64,000 bases of DNA from an uncultured virus (IMG/VR IMGVR_UViG_3300037840_000255) (IMGVR_UViG_3300037840_000255); one strand, 5' to 3'. Positions 36,442 to 45,933 are shown, counted from the stretch's first letter. Program-made: numbers and translations. The notes: generated by a model from the sequence alone, not told the origin.

Positions 36442-37583
36442 GCAGGAATTAATCCTTCAGCTTCATCCAAGCTATACGGCCCATCATTTGAAATATCCTC
36501 ACAACGCTGACAAACCAATTCATTTCCTTGAGTCAAAACTTCCACTAAAGAAAGATCGACCCCACGCCTGGCATCCCTGACGAGATGCTTGCCGTGCGGC
36601 CCGCGCACCGCGCGCAGCTTCTCTGGCACGACGCCGACGTGACTAATACCGGCCTGGCGAAATGCGTCCAGGCTCGCGGAGTTGAACGCCTTGACGATCG
36701 CGAAGTTGACCAGGGCGCGGCTCCTGACTCGGCCCACAGCGTCGACGGCCGCGGCGATCTCCCGCGCGATCTTATCCGGGCGCTGCTTCTTCGCCAGGCC
36801 GCTGGCCAGAACGCGCGTCGCTCGCTGGGTGACGACGGCGGCGATACCTTGAAGTTCTGACTTGGCCAGCGACGTCATGTGCTCGATGCAGTCGTGCGGC
36901 GAGTTAATGTTCTTGCTCCCGGTCAGTGCCTCGGCCCTCTTGTGAGCCAGCCTAACGGCGGCGTTGAGGTACGACCCGACGTCGCCCGACAAGATCAACT
37001 GCCGCTGTCTCTCCTCCAGCCAGTTGCGGAATGCCGCGACGCGGTCACTACCGGGGAGTCGATGAAGGCCCGGGTCTATGCTGACCACATTGTGCGTGAT
37101 CGGCACGGTGCGCAGCCCGAGGATGTCATTCTGAGGCGCGAAGGCGCTGACGATCAGCCGGCGGAGCTGGAGCCAGCGCGAGTCAAGGTCGCGGCGGAAC
37201 TTCGCCCTGATCGACGCCGTGCCGGTCGGGTCTCGTAGTCGACGAACGCCAGCATCGCCAATTCCAGTTCGGCCATCGCCCTGACCATGGCCAGCCGCAA
37301 TAATCTTGCGGAGCAGTCTTCGGTCGTCCTCCGCGAACTGGCGGAGGTCCTGGTCCGGCGCGACGCGCGTGATCGTCTCATCGTCGACCTCCCTGATATA
37401 GCCGTCCATCTCGTCGGTATATTTCTTCCAGATGTCGGGATCGTCGGGCCGCTGGGCCTCGACCGCCTCTCGCTCCAGGGGCGTGGCAACGTCGTCGTGG
37501 GCGGTCGGACCGACGACATGATCGCGCAGCGGCCGCGTCATAACTACGTCCTCATCTTCCCAGATGAAGCGATCTCCCATCAC
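36372..37583 (-). CDS. MuF/gpF-like minor head protein
   Basis: RDPTGT N-terminal motif; VCQRC..IPAHPNCLC C-terminus. Confidence 0.8.
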   Translation of the reverse strand: MMGDRFIWEDEDVVMTRPLRDHVVGPTAHDDVATPLEREAVEAQRPDDPDIWKKYTDEMDGYIREVDDETITRVAPDQDLRQFAEDDRRLLRKIIAAGHGQGDGRTGIGDAGVRRLRDPTGTASIRAKFRRDLDSRWLQLRRLIVSAFAPQNDILGLRTVPITHNVVSIDPGLHRLPGSDRVAAFRNWLEERQRQLILSGDVGSYLNAAVRLAHKRAEALTGSKNINSPHDCIEHMTSLAKSELQGIAAVVTQRATRVLASGLAKKQRPDKIAREIAAAVDAVGRVRSRALVNFAIVKAFNSASLDAFRQAGISHVGVVPEKLRAVRGPHGKHLVRDARRGVDLSLVEVLTQGNELVCQRCEDISNDGPYSLDEAEGLIPAHPNCLCSFVPAMDLRFASVRED

Positions 37584-38530
37584 GGCCGCAGCTCCAGCGT
37601 GATGTGCTTGCCGGTGTGCTCCAGAACCTTAAACCTGGAGCCGCGATTGATCAGCAACTCGGCCTCCTTGCTGACCTGCGACTTGTCGCCGATGGGGATG
37701 ACCTTGGCTCCGGCCGGAAGCTTGATCAAGGCCGAGCCATGACCAAAATGCTTGGCGATCTTCGGATTGGCAGAGACGCTGACGAAGCCCTTATCGGTGA
37801 ACTCGTCACCGGGCTTCAACTCAGCAAACAACCCAGGCCTCATGCCGCGGTAGACGGTCATTGCCTGCGGCAGCTTCGCGCGCGCCATGACGGAGTCGAT
37901 GTTCCTGGCGTCGGTTTCCGCGCGTTGCCTGGTAGCATGACCAAACGACAGCATCTTGCTGCCGCGAACGTATGAATTTATCTCCTTGTAGTGAACATCG
38001 GTGTAACGACTGAGGCTTCGCCGCTCGGCCACGCTCAAGTCCGCAACGGCCTTGGGCTGGAGTTCAGAGACCTTGGCGCTGATCTCGGCGCTTGAGCCGC
38101 CGCCTGATGTCCACTCACCATGAGGATCGCGCAGCTCGTTCGGGTCGAAGGCGTCCTTGACCGCGCTATCGCGGTCATACGGCAGGCCATCGTTCATGGC
38201 CAACCATTCGGAAAGTTCGTGGACGGGAAGCGTCTTGTCCGTATCGATCCCGCACCTCAGGACGCGCGGGACGCGGCGGTCTCGGTACACGACGCGGCCG
38301 TCGGCAGAGCGGTTGGCCAGCCACGGCTGATCGTAGGAAGCGTCAACGACGCATGCAGCCACCAGCCGCGCGGTGGGCGCGCGGTAGTGGTCGACGAGGC
38401 TAGGGTAGGCGACCGCGTGCCGCGGGCCGCCGGCGCTGTCTAGGTGAACAGCACGGCGAACGCCAGGTAGGCCGCCATGAAGGCGACGCTGGCCATTGCG
38501 ATTTGGGCGTAGTAGCGCATGGAAGGTCAT
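37580..38530 (-). CDS. ADP-ribosyltransferase (VIP2/Alt-like), probably head-associated
   Basis: INSYVR, VYRG, DKGFVSVS, EAELL (R-S-E triad); FDPNELRDPHGEWT motif; start uncertain. Confidence 0.82.
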   Translation of the reverse strand: MTFHALLRPNRNGQRRLHGGLPGVRRAVHLDSAGGPRHAVAYPSLVDHYRAPTARLVAACVVDASYDQPWLANRSADGRVVYRDRRVPRVLRCGIDTDKTLPVHELSEWLAMNDGLPYDRDSAVKDAFDPNELRDPHGEWTSGGGSSAEISAKVSELQPKAVADLSVAERRSLSRYTDVHYKEINSYVRGSKMLSFGHATRQRAETDARNIDSVMARAKLPQAMTVYRGMRPGLFAELKPGDEFTDKGFVSVSANPKIAKHFGHGSALIKLPAGAKVIPIGDKSQVSKEAELLINRGSRFKVLEHTGKHITLELRP

Positions 38531-38549
38531 GTAGGCATTGATCCTGGGA

Positions 38550-38777
38550 CTATCCAGCCCGTCGATTCTTGCGGTTCCACCAGTAACTCTTGTCGGTCTT
38601 CCAATCCGGGCTCGGGTCGGTGGCCATATGCTGGGCATGGAGGACGGTCAGCGCCGCCGCGGTGGCGAAAACCTGCTCGTTCTTCTGGACCATGTCGGCC
38701 TCGTCGAGCCTGGGATCGTCGTCGGACACCGCGACGATCTCCAGCCGGTTGCCGAGCAAATAGATCAAGTGCTTCAC
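38550..38777 (-). CDS. hypothetical protein
   Basis: GTGA-coupled 75 aa. Confidence 0.55.
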   Translation of the reverse strand: MKHLIYLLGNRLEIVAVSDDDPRLDEADMVQKNEQVFATAAALTVLHAQHMATDPSPDWKTDKSYWWNRKNRRAG

Positions 38778-38941
38778 GTCTGGCTCGCGTAGCCGCTAGT
38801 GGAGGCAAACGGCAACCTGGTGTCGCCCGACGGCCACGGGAAGCCGGAGCGCGACAGGGCCGGCGTGTTGAGCCCCTGGATGCGAACTGCGGGCCAGAAC
38901 TTCTCGAAGGCCAGCGGTATCTGGTTGCTGAGGCCGGTCAT
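38774..38941 (-). CDS. 55-aa hypothetical protein (not in the ORF track)
   Basis: MTGLSNQIPLAFEKFWPAVRIQG...; fills the gap. Confidence 0.5.
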   Translation of the reverse strand: MTGLSNQIPLAFEKFWPAVRIQGLNTPALSRSGFPWPSGDTRLPFASTSGYASQT

Positions 38942-38942
38942 C

Positions 38943-39179
38943 TTAGGCGTTCCAAACCGCCGCCATCTTGGCCTGATTGCGCGTCGGGTCGAGGATGTCG
39001 AACGGCGTCAGCGAGTTGCCGTTGGCCGCCTGGAACTCTGCGATGACGTAGTCGGGGTCGCTCAGCAGCGTCACCCACTGCGGCGTCTCCTGGAGCGAGC
39101 CGCCGAGCTGGACGTTGCGCTGGTGAACGATCTGGCTTGGGTCGAGCAGCGTGAAGTTGGAGACGACGACGGTGGACAT
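38943..39179 (-). CDS. hypothetical protein
   Basis: AGGAG RBS; 78 aa. Confidence 0.65.
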   Translation of the reverse strand: MSTVVVSNFTLLDPSQIVHQRNVQLGGSLQETPQWVTLLSDPDYVIAEFQAANGNSLTPFDILDPTRNQAKMAAVWNA

Positions 39180-39188
39180 GTTGTTCTC

Positions 39189-39848
39189 CTATTTTCTGCC
39201 GGTCAGGACGATGGTGCCGTCGGCTGCCAACTTACCGAGATCTCCGGTATGAAACCAGCCATTGCTATCGAGAACGATGCCAGTTGCCATCGTGCCGGTC
39301 TTGACACAAACCTCGTCAGATTGAATCTCAACGGTCACGCCGGGACACGGTTTGCCAACACAGCCATAAGTGGCTTCGATTTGTGCGGCACCAACAAACG
39401 AAATGGTACCCACTTCCGACACGCTGTAGGTACTCCACAAGTTATTTCCTAAACTCGCGCGGATCGCATGAGATTGTGCAGCGGTCATTACCGAACCGCC
39501 AGCGATCATGAGTTTAAAAGTGAAACCCTGTGACAGAGCGGCGTACTTTTCCAGCCACACCGGCGATAAGTGGCAAGCCTCGATTTGCTTGTCCTTCCAC
39601 ATGGCAATGGTCAAAGATGGAGTTGCCTGTGCCTGATAAAGCGTGACACCTCTGGCCTTGGCCCACGCTTCATACCGGATTGACGCTGCTGATGCAGAGG
39701 CATATTCGACATAAAGACTTTTGATCTGACCGAATCCGGGAGGCCGCAGACTTTCAAGCGCAGCTACGCGCGCAGCAATTTGCGCATCAGTAAGGCTAAA
39801 TGCCTTTGGCGCCCCAGTCGTGCCGGATGTTTGCACCCGCGCTATCAA
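39189..39848 (-). CDS. truncated/minimal AMP-binding (ANL family) protein
   Basis: TSGTTGAPK, YSVSEVG, VGKP.PGV, GWFHTGDLG, GRK. Confidence 0.82.
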   Translation of the reverse strand: MIARVQTSGTTGAPKAFSLTDAQIAARVAALESLRPPGFGQIKSLYVEYASASAASIRYEAWAKARGVTLYQAQATPSLTIAMWKDKQIEACHLSPVWLEKYAALSQGFTFKLMIAGGSVMTAAQSHAIRASLGNNLWSTYSVSEVGTISFVGAAQIEATYGCVGKPCPGVTVEIQSDEVCVKTGTMATGIVLDSNGWFHTGDLGKLAADGTIVLTGRK

Positions 39849-41218
39849 AACACGACCTCCCTGGATCGCAATTCAGCGGTCCAGTTTATCGTCGTAGCTG
39901 ATTGCCCCGTTACGGTAACCGCCAATGCTCCATTTGTCGTATCGGCAGACAAAGCAATGGCCCACGATCCAGAGATTGCACCAGCCGTCGCATAGGTGCT
40001 TAGAACAACAGGTGTTGTTGGCGTTGTCGTCGGAATGGCCGTGGAGGCTGCACCCGTACCGCGTTGAATGATTACCTCAATTCGTTGCGCTAGTATATCA
40101 GTAGCGCCGGCAGTTTTTCCGACTACGACGACTTCCACGAAAGCGGTTTCATTATCTACTAAAACAAGTTGATTATTAGCAGATGGCGTAGGGCTTTGAT
40201 CAGCAGTCAGCAAACTTGGAGTCGCGTCCGTTGTTTGTTGACGCAGGCCCATACGGATGACTTGGTTGTCACCGACAACATTTGGAGCCGCATCTGCATA
40301 TGCCCCGCTCGAATAAGCTTGCGCAACAAAAATGCCGCGTGTCCATGAGAAACTGCCAGTCGCCTGACAGTCTATTTCATCAGCGACACAGTATTCGCCT
40401 TCTACGTGGGCGTTAGGCGCGCTTGCAGTACCACCTTGGCCTTCGGCATGGGCGCTGTTGCCAGAAGCAACCGTACTAATACCCTCGGAATGAGAATAAG
40501 GTGCACTAGCAAGAGTTAAGTTTCCTTCTGCATGTGAGCTAATACCGGATGCCGTGCTATCTCCCTCTGCATGAGAATTAAGACCTGACGCGGTACTCGC
40601 GCATTCCGCATGGGCTCCAATACCAGACGCGGTTGCTTGAAATTCAGCATATGATTGAAAGCCGGAAGGCAATGCTTGCTCTTGCCACCAACCTTGTGGA
40701 AACCAATTCTGGCCGTCGCAAACAAGAATAAAGGCTTGAAAACCAGACAAACTGTAATTTATTCCAAGTGCTATCGCCTGACTTCCTCCGTTATAATTGA
40801 GGGTAGGCTGATCTAAACCGCTGGTCAAAGTTCTTACAAGAAATAATGCAGTACGCCCAACTTGGGCATCAGCGTAAGAGCCATAGGCGGCTAGGTTAAT
40901 TATCTCAATGCCCTTGGTTCCTCCGGTGGTGATGAAGTAATTGGTTGAAACGGAAGGTGCGGGAAGATTGAGCGGCGACGCACCTGTTGTAATATCATCC
41001 GTGGCTGAACCACCGGCAATAACAGTCAAAGTCGCATCTGGCGACACGCCACCAACGACACCACCACTAACCAATACCTGCGCAACATCCCCGACCGTAT
41101 TAACTCCGTCGGTCAATGTCAAAGACGAGTCACCCCCGCCGGCGTTGATCGCGGCCTGGAGCTTGAGTAGCGCCGCCGTGACATCGGATATGTCCGTGGG
41201 GAGAAGTTCTACGGTCAT
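39845..41218 (-). CDS. head/neck fibre with YadA-like beta-roll repeats
   Basis: serial ASG..[SA]HAEG repeats; ATGA-coupled to the portal stop. Confidence 0.7.
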   Translation of the reverse strand: MTVELLPTDISDVTAALLKLQAAINAGGGDSSLTLTDGVNTVGDVAQVLVSGGVVGGVSPDATLTVIAGGSATDDITTGASPLNLPAPSVSTNYFITTGGTKGIEIINLAAYGSYADAQVGRTALFLVRTLTSGLDQPTLNYNGGSQAIALGINYSLSGFQAFILVCDGQNWFPQGWWQEQALPSGFQSYAEFQATASGIGAHAECASTASGLNSHAEGDSTASGISSHAEGNLTLASAPYSHSEGISTVASGNSAHAEGQGGTASAPNAHVEGEYCVADEIDCQATGSFSWTRGIFVAQAYSSGAYADAAPNVVGDNQVIRMGLRQQTTDATPSLLTADQSPTPSANNQLVLVDNETAFVEVVVVGKTAGATDILAQRIEVIIQRGTGAASTAIPTTTPTTPVVLSTYATAGAISGSWAIALSADTTNGALAVTVTGQSATTINWTAELRSREVVF

Positions 41219-43560
41219 GTCGCCAACAGGTTTGATTGGGGACGCCATCGCGCCACGGCCTCGGCGACGACCCTGTCGCCCTTGACCACGTCGAGGGTGG
41301 ATAACATCTCGTGGACCGCGCCCTGGGTGACGGAATGTTCCTTGGCCAGCCTCTCGATCAGCTCGTAGATCATGGTCTCGGCCTGCATGACCTCGGCGGC
41401 GAAGTCGTTCTTCTCGATGGAGGCGGCGATGACATAGACGGCGTTGCTGGCTAGTTCTTCCAACGTAGGCAATTCTGGATCAGTGATCGCCTCCGCATCC
41501 TTCAAGCCATGCTTGGCCTTCAACCGCTCCGCCGCGCCGGCATTGGTCCTGGCGTTCTCCTCCTGCTCCCGCGCCGTCGACTTGTCGCCGGACAGATGCG
41601 CCTTGTGTGCACTCTCCCAGGCGGCGGCGGCAGTGCTGTGGAAGTTGGAGACAGTGCGGTAGCGGACCTCGTTCTTCTCGTCGCCCGCGTCGCGGCTCTC
41701 GTCGGCGTGTCTGAACGCCGCGGTCGCCTTGGCCCGCGCGGCTCTGGCTTCGGCCGCCGCGTCGCGAGCGGCCTGGCTCCAGTAGTCGTGCAGATGCGCG
41801 AAGTAAGCATCCCCGATCTGGGCCTGGCGAAACTGCTTGAAGCTTCTCTTACCGAGCAGGTAGCGACGTCGCTGCGGGGCCGCGGCGTCCTGCGCCTCGT
41901 TACTACCGCCCGACGGCGGCGCGATGGCCTTCATGGCCGCATGGGTCGGCGTGCCGGGGATCACGGTGCCGGACTGCGGATCGAAGTCGCCCTCGGGCTC
42001 CTCCGGCGCCTCGCCGAACTCCTCGATGGCGTCCTCCAAGCCGGGATAATCGCCGTCCTCGATCAGCTGATTAACCACGGCGGAGCGCATCGCGTCCTCG
42101 TTAATCAGGCCGAGGCCGACGTAGATCTGCGTGGTCTGCGCCTTCTGATAACTGATGAGCGCGACCTCCTTCGGGTCCGGCTGGTACAGCGGGCTCCACT
42201 CGTAGAACACGTTGGGATCGTAGCGACCAAGAGCAGACCGCAGTAGCACTTGATCGAGCGGGTCCATTGCGGGTGTGTAGACTGTCTTCTGCCGCGACGC
42301 GATGAAGTCATAGTAGCCCTTGAGGTCCTGGGGTCCGCCGGACGCGTTGCTGCCCTGCTCGCCGATGCCGCGACTGCCGCCCTGGCCGAAGACGCGAGAG
42401 TAGGGCAGATCACCGCCGGCGCAGATCAGCATCATGAACTGCTTCATGACGTCCGGCAGACCGGCGAAGGTGGATTGAATTCGCTCCCACTCCTCGCCAG
42501 TGTCTAGCAGCAGACTATTCACCGTGCTCTTGGCCTGGTTGGCCATGCCGAAGCGGGCCAGCAGCTTAGATGTGGCCTCCTGAGTGGCAAGGTGCGTCGA
42601 CGTCAGGTTCGGTATCTTTATCACGTCCATCTTGGCGTCGTTGACCATGTTGGCGACGCTGCCGATGGTCAGTCCGAAGTCCTTCAAGATGTCGTCGATG
42701 GTCTGCAGCACGCTATCGCCCCACAGTCCTCCGAGCGGAACGAGGCGCCAGTCGGGCAGCTCGTTGCCGACGAACTGAACGACGCGGCTGGGATGAATGC
42801 GAACCATGCCGGATGACGGAGTCATCTGCCTTGACGGATCGCCGCGGCCGGTACGATCTTCCGGTCCCACAACCGGGGGAGTCCACTCTCCGCTGGCGTA
42901 GCTGTTGGGATACGTGTCGCCGCCCTCGTTATAGAAGCCGAACAGCGGCGTCGATACCGTGAAGTATTCCGGATAGGTGTACCACGGAGAATTCACGTTG
43001 TAGATGCGAGGACCGGCAGCCAGCTCGTAGCGGTTCATCACCACGACGAACTTGAGGTCACCCTTCTTGACCTTATCCAGGTCCAGCGGCTCGATCACGT
43101 CCTTCCCGTCATCGACGCCGATGACCATGCCGGCGCCGCCGTAGAGTCGCGCCTTGAAGATCGCCTCGCGGGTCTTCTTCTGGATGTTGTGGGTTCTCTC
43201 CTCCTCCTCGATGGCCTCGATCTGCTCCTGCGACGCCTGCCAGGACCGCCACTCGCGCGTCGCGTCCTCGGCCGGGGCCATCACGATCTTGCGCGCGATC
43301 CAGTCGCTCCTGAAGGCATTCTCCACCTCGTCGCGGTTGAGGAGCTTCAGATAGAACTTGAGCTGAACCGTCGGGTCTTTCCAGGTCCCGAGGCCGGACA
43401 CGAAACTCTGGAGGCTGTCGTCGATGCGCTGCTGGCCACGACGCACTTTGGAGTCGACGACGTGCCACGCGCCACTTCGCGTCTCGGCGAAGTGGCCGCG
43501 CGGGATGGCGTCGAGCGTCGGCGCATCGGCGAAGCCGGGGCGGTTCAGTGGAGCGTTCAT
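41215..43560 (-). CDS. portal protein (DUF1073-type) with C-terminal extension
   Basis: WIARKIV..PAEDATREWR, ARLYGG, IHPSRVV, WGDSVLQ, DLKGYYD; follows terminase. Confidence 0.9.
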   Translation of the reverse strand: MNAPLNRPGFADAPTLDAIPRGHFAETRSGAWHVVDSKVRRGQQRIDDSLQSFVSGLGTWKDPTVQLKFYLKLLNRDEVENAFRSDWIARKIVMAPAEDATREWRSWQASQEQIEAIEEEERTHNIQKKTREAIFKARLYGGAGMVIGVDDGKDVIEPLDLDKVKKGDLKFVVVMNRYELAAGPRIYNVNSPWYTYPEYFTVSTPLFGFYNEGGDTYPNSYASGEWTPPVVGPEDRTGRGDPSRQMTPSSGMVRIHPSRVVQFVGNELPDWRLVPLGGLWGDSVLQTIDDILKDFGLTIGSVANMVNDAKMDVIKIPNLTSTHLATQEATSKLLARFGMANQAKSTVNSLLLDTGEEWERIQSTFAGLPDVMKQFMMLICAGGDLPYSRVFGQGGSRGIGEQGSNASGGPQDLKGYYDFIASRQKTVYTPAMDPLDQVLLRSALGRYDPNVFYEWSPLYQPDPKEVALISYQKAQTTQIYVGLGLINEDAMRSAVVNQLIEDGDYPGLEDAIEEFGEAPEEPEGDFDPQSGTVIPGTPTHAAMKAIAPPSGGSNEAQDAAAPQRRRYLLGKRSFKQFRQAQIGDAYFAHLHDYWSQAARDAAAEARAARAKATAAFRHADESRDAGDEKNEVRYRTVSNFHSTAAAAWESAHKAHLSGDKSTAREQEENARTNAGAAERLKAKHGLKDAEAITDPELPTLEELASNAVYVIAASIEKNDFAAEVMQAETMIYELIERLAKEHSVTQGAVHEMLSTLDVVKGDRVVAEAVARWRPQSNLLAT

Positions 43561-43680
43561 CGCAAGATGCCCTTGCAGCCATAGAGCAGCATGTACCCAA
43601 GGACGCTAATGGTCAGGACCGTGAGGCCTAAACGCATCAGCGCCCAGAAACTCAGGCGAGCAGCAAAAGTCCATCGGGTA

Positions 43681-44217
43681 TTACGGCCCCGGAGCCGCCG
43701 GCACCGGCTGCGCGACGTAGGTCGCGTCGGCCACGTCAAGAACGATGTTGGCCGGTGTGACATCAGGCACGATGTCGACGGTCAGCGTCGCCAGCTTGAG
43801 GCCGGCGCTGTCCGACACCGTCACGACTATGCCGGGGGAGGCCTGGACTGTCGGCGTTAGCACGATGGCTGGATTGCCCGCAGCGGTGGCGCCGACTGCA
43901 ACGCCGAGCGACGGCGATGACGACGCGACGGTAAACACGTCCCCGGTCGGCACCGGCTCCACTGAGCCGGCCTGGTTGGTGGTCTGGATACCGATGGTCA
44001 CGATCTCGTCGTTCGGCAGTTCGAAATTAGGCATGGGATTTCCCTTCATGTCTGTTCGGGTTGGTAGGCATAGAACGATCTGAGTGGGCTTGCTGCGCAG
44101 CCTGAGATAAGACTCGATCTCCTCCAGCCGCAGGAACATGCGGCCGAGCAGGCGCTCGATTCTGTCTTGGTCTTCCCAGGGCCAGCTCACAGCCAAAACC
44201 AAAGGGGACCAAGCCAC
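43681..44217 (-). CDS. Ig-like protein with probable internal start at 44034
   Basis: AAGGGA RBS before MPNFELPND; homologous to the N-terminal domain of the glycoside hydrolase. Confidence 0.75.
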   Translation of the reverse strand: MAWSPLVLAVSWPWEDQDRIERLLGRMFLRLEEIESYLRLRSKPTQIVLCLPTRTDMKGNPMPNFELPNDEIVTIGIQTTNQAGSVEPVPTGDVFTVASSSPSLGVAVGATAAGNPAIVLTPTVQASPGIVVTVSDSAGLKLATLTVDIVPDVTPANIVLDVADATYVAQPVPAAPGP

Positions 44218-44581
44218 GCATGTACCGCATGTTCATGAAAGCAATAGAACTCTCTATCGCACTGAACACAGTACCAGCCATTCGGTCGTGATCTTAGATC
44301 ATGCCAGCTCATCTAATGGTGTCTCACATGGCCATGTGATTATGCGCGGGTCGACGGCCTTGAACGGGTCATGATTCCCTGGGCGGCGGACTTGGCGTTC
44401 ACCGACCAATCCAAAGCGAGGACCGCAGGCCGTCTTTCTGTGCGATGAACCGAGCCCCGCGCTGCCCGACTGGGAGCAACCCTCGCTCAGGCGAAAACTC
44501 AGAACAGCTTGTAACTGTACCAGCCGACGCCGAAGGCGGCGACGAACACCATCACCGCAATGATGTCGGCGGTGATGCCCA

Positions 44582-44995
44582 TCACGCAGTGACCGGGAGG
44601 CGAGTCTGGGCTTCCGCCTCGGCTTCATTTCTCGGCGCGGCCGGGAGTTGAAGCACGACGGCGCTCTGGCCCTCAGCCAACTTGGTCAAGAGCACCACCT
44701 GGCCGTCGGGAAACTCCAGCGCGTCATGGTGGGTCTTGGCGTCGTCCTTGTTGATCTGGCGAAAGATCGCGACGGCATGCGCAATCGTGTCGCGCTTCAC
44801 CAGCCAGTACCCAGGATCGAGCGTCTCCACCGGCGCGGAGAACGCGATCTCGGTGCCGGGAAGGACGCAGACTGCAAGGCTGTCGTCCTGGTGGTCGCAG
44901 AAGCCAGTGGTGCCGTAGCCGAAATTTTTCGTCACCAGCTTGTCGGCCACGACGGCCGGTCGCGATTTGGCATGCATCAGGGAGAAGTCACACAT
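44582..44995 (-). CDS. hypothetical protein
   Basis: AAAGGAAGG RBS; MCDFSL..AVCVLPGTEIAF..HHDALEFPDG. Confidence 0.75.
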   Translation of the reverse strand: MCDFSLMHAKSRPAVVADKLVTKNFGYGTTGFCDHQDDSLAVCVLPGTEIAFSAPVETLDPGYWLVKRDTIAHAVAIFRQINKDDAKTHHDALEFPDGQVVLLTKLAEGQSAVVLQLPAAPRNEAEAEAQTRLPVTA

Positions 44996-45058
44996 GGCGA
45001 GCCTTCCTTTCTGTTGCGTTCTCGTCTCATCATTTCCCTGGCCTGATCCATTCGCTCT

Positions 45059-45385
45059 TCATCGCGCCGCGCTGAGAAGTGCTCCCTCGGCGCGGCCGAC
45101 AGCGTTCATGGCCACGCAGCTGTCGAATGAACTGCAGACCGTTGAGTGGCCATCGGTCAAATTGGACGACATCCCACAATAAGGAGAGACAGGAATAACG
45201 GGCGCATTGTACGTGATCCATCCCTGCCAATACGGATACCAACGGTCGATAAACACTCGCTCCGTGATCGGCTTGCCGTCGATCTCCCCGACGCGCTCCT
45301 TGATGCGCGACCATTGCGCCTTGGTGGGGATTTCAAAGGCTTCCGTGAAGCCTTCAAACCACGCCTTGAACTCTGACGGCGTCAT
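45059..45385 (-). CDS. hypothetical phage protein
   Basis: AGGAG RBS; MTPSEFKAWFEGF..PTKAQWSRIKE. Confidence 0.7.
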   Translation of the reverse strand: MTPSEFKAWFEGFTEAFEIPTKAQWSRIKERVGEIDGKPITERVFIDRWYPYWQGWITYNAPVIPVSPYCGMSSNLTDGHSTVCSSFDSCVAMNAVGRAEGALLSAAR

Positions 45386-45933
45386 ATAGCTTCTCCTATT
45401 AGCGCGTGGGCCGACGACCTTGTACGGGACCAAACAAACCTCGCGGCGCGTATTTCGAGCCAGCACTGCCGCGACTTTCTAAGCGGGCCGCAGATCGTCT
45501 TTCTCTGAGCCGTGGAGCCCCACGCCGCCCGACGGAAACTACCCCGCTTGAAACTCTTAGCCACCGGGACAGAGGCAACTGACCTCGGCCGGCGGCGGCC
45601 ATATCCTGGCCGTCAGTTGCTCCAGGCCTATCGCCGCAGACACGCCTGCGACTATAACCAGAGCCAGCATCCACGTCTTCATTTTTTCGGCTCCGGCGCC
45701 TTGGGCTTCGGATCGGTGGGCGGCGACGGAAACCTCACCGATATGCCACCCTCCATGGGAGCCGGCTTGGCGGTCGGCTTCTCGGTGCTGTTGGCCTTGT
45801 CGTCGGGCATCGGTTCAACCTCCGTGTAGTTCGACCAGGCTCGCAACGGCGCCGCCAGCCATCATCATGATGAGAACGAGCGTCATGACTGCGATGAGCC
45901 ATCGCGCCGACTTATCCTGAGCGTCGTCCCTCA

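Noticed and set aside
41215..43560. Anti-CBASS Acb1 nuclease
   Set aside because: This portal family is sometimes labelled that way, but no 2H phosphodiesterase HxT motifs were seen in the extension
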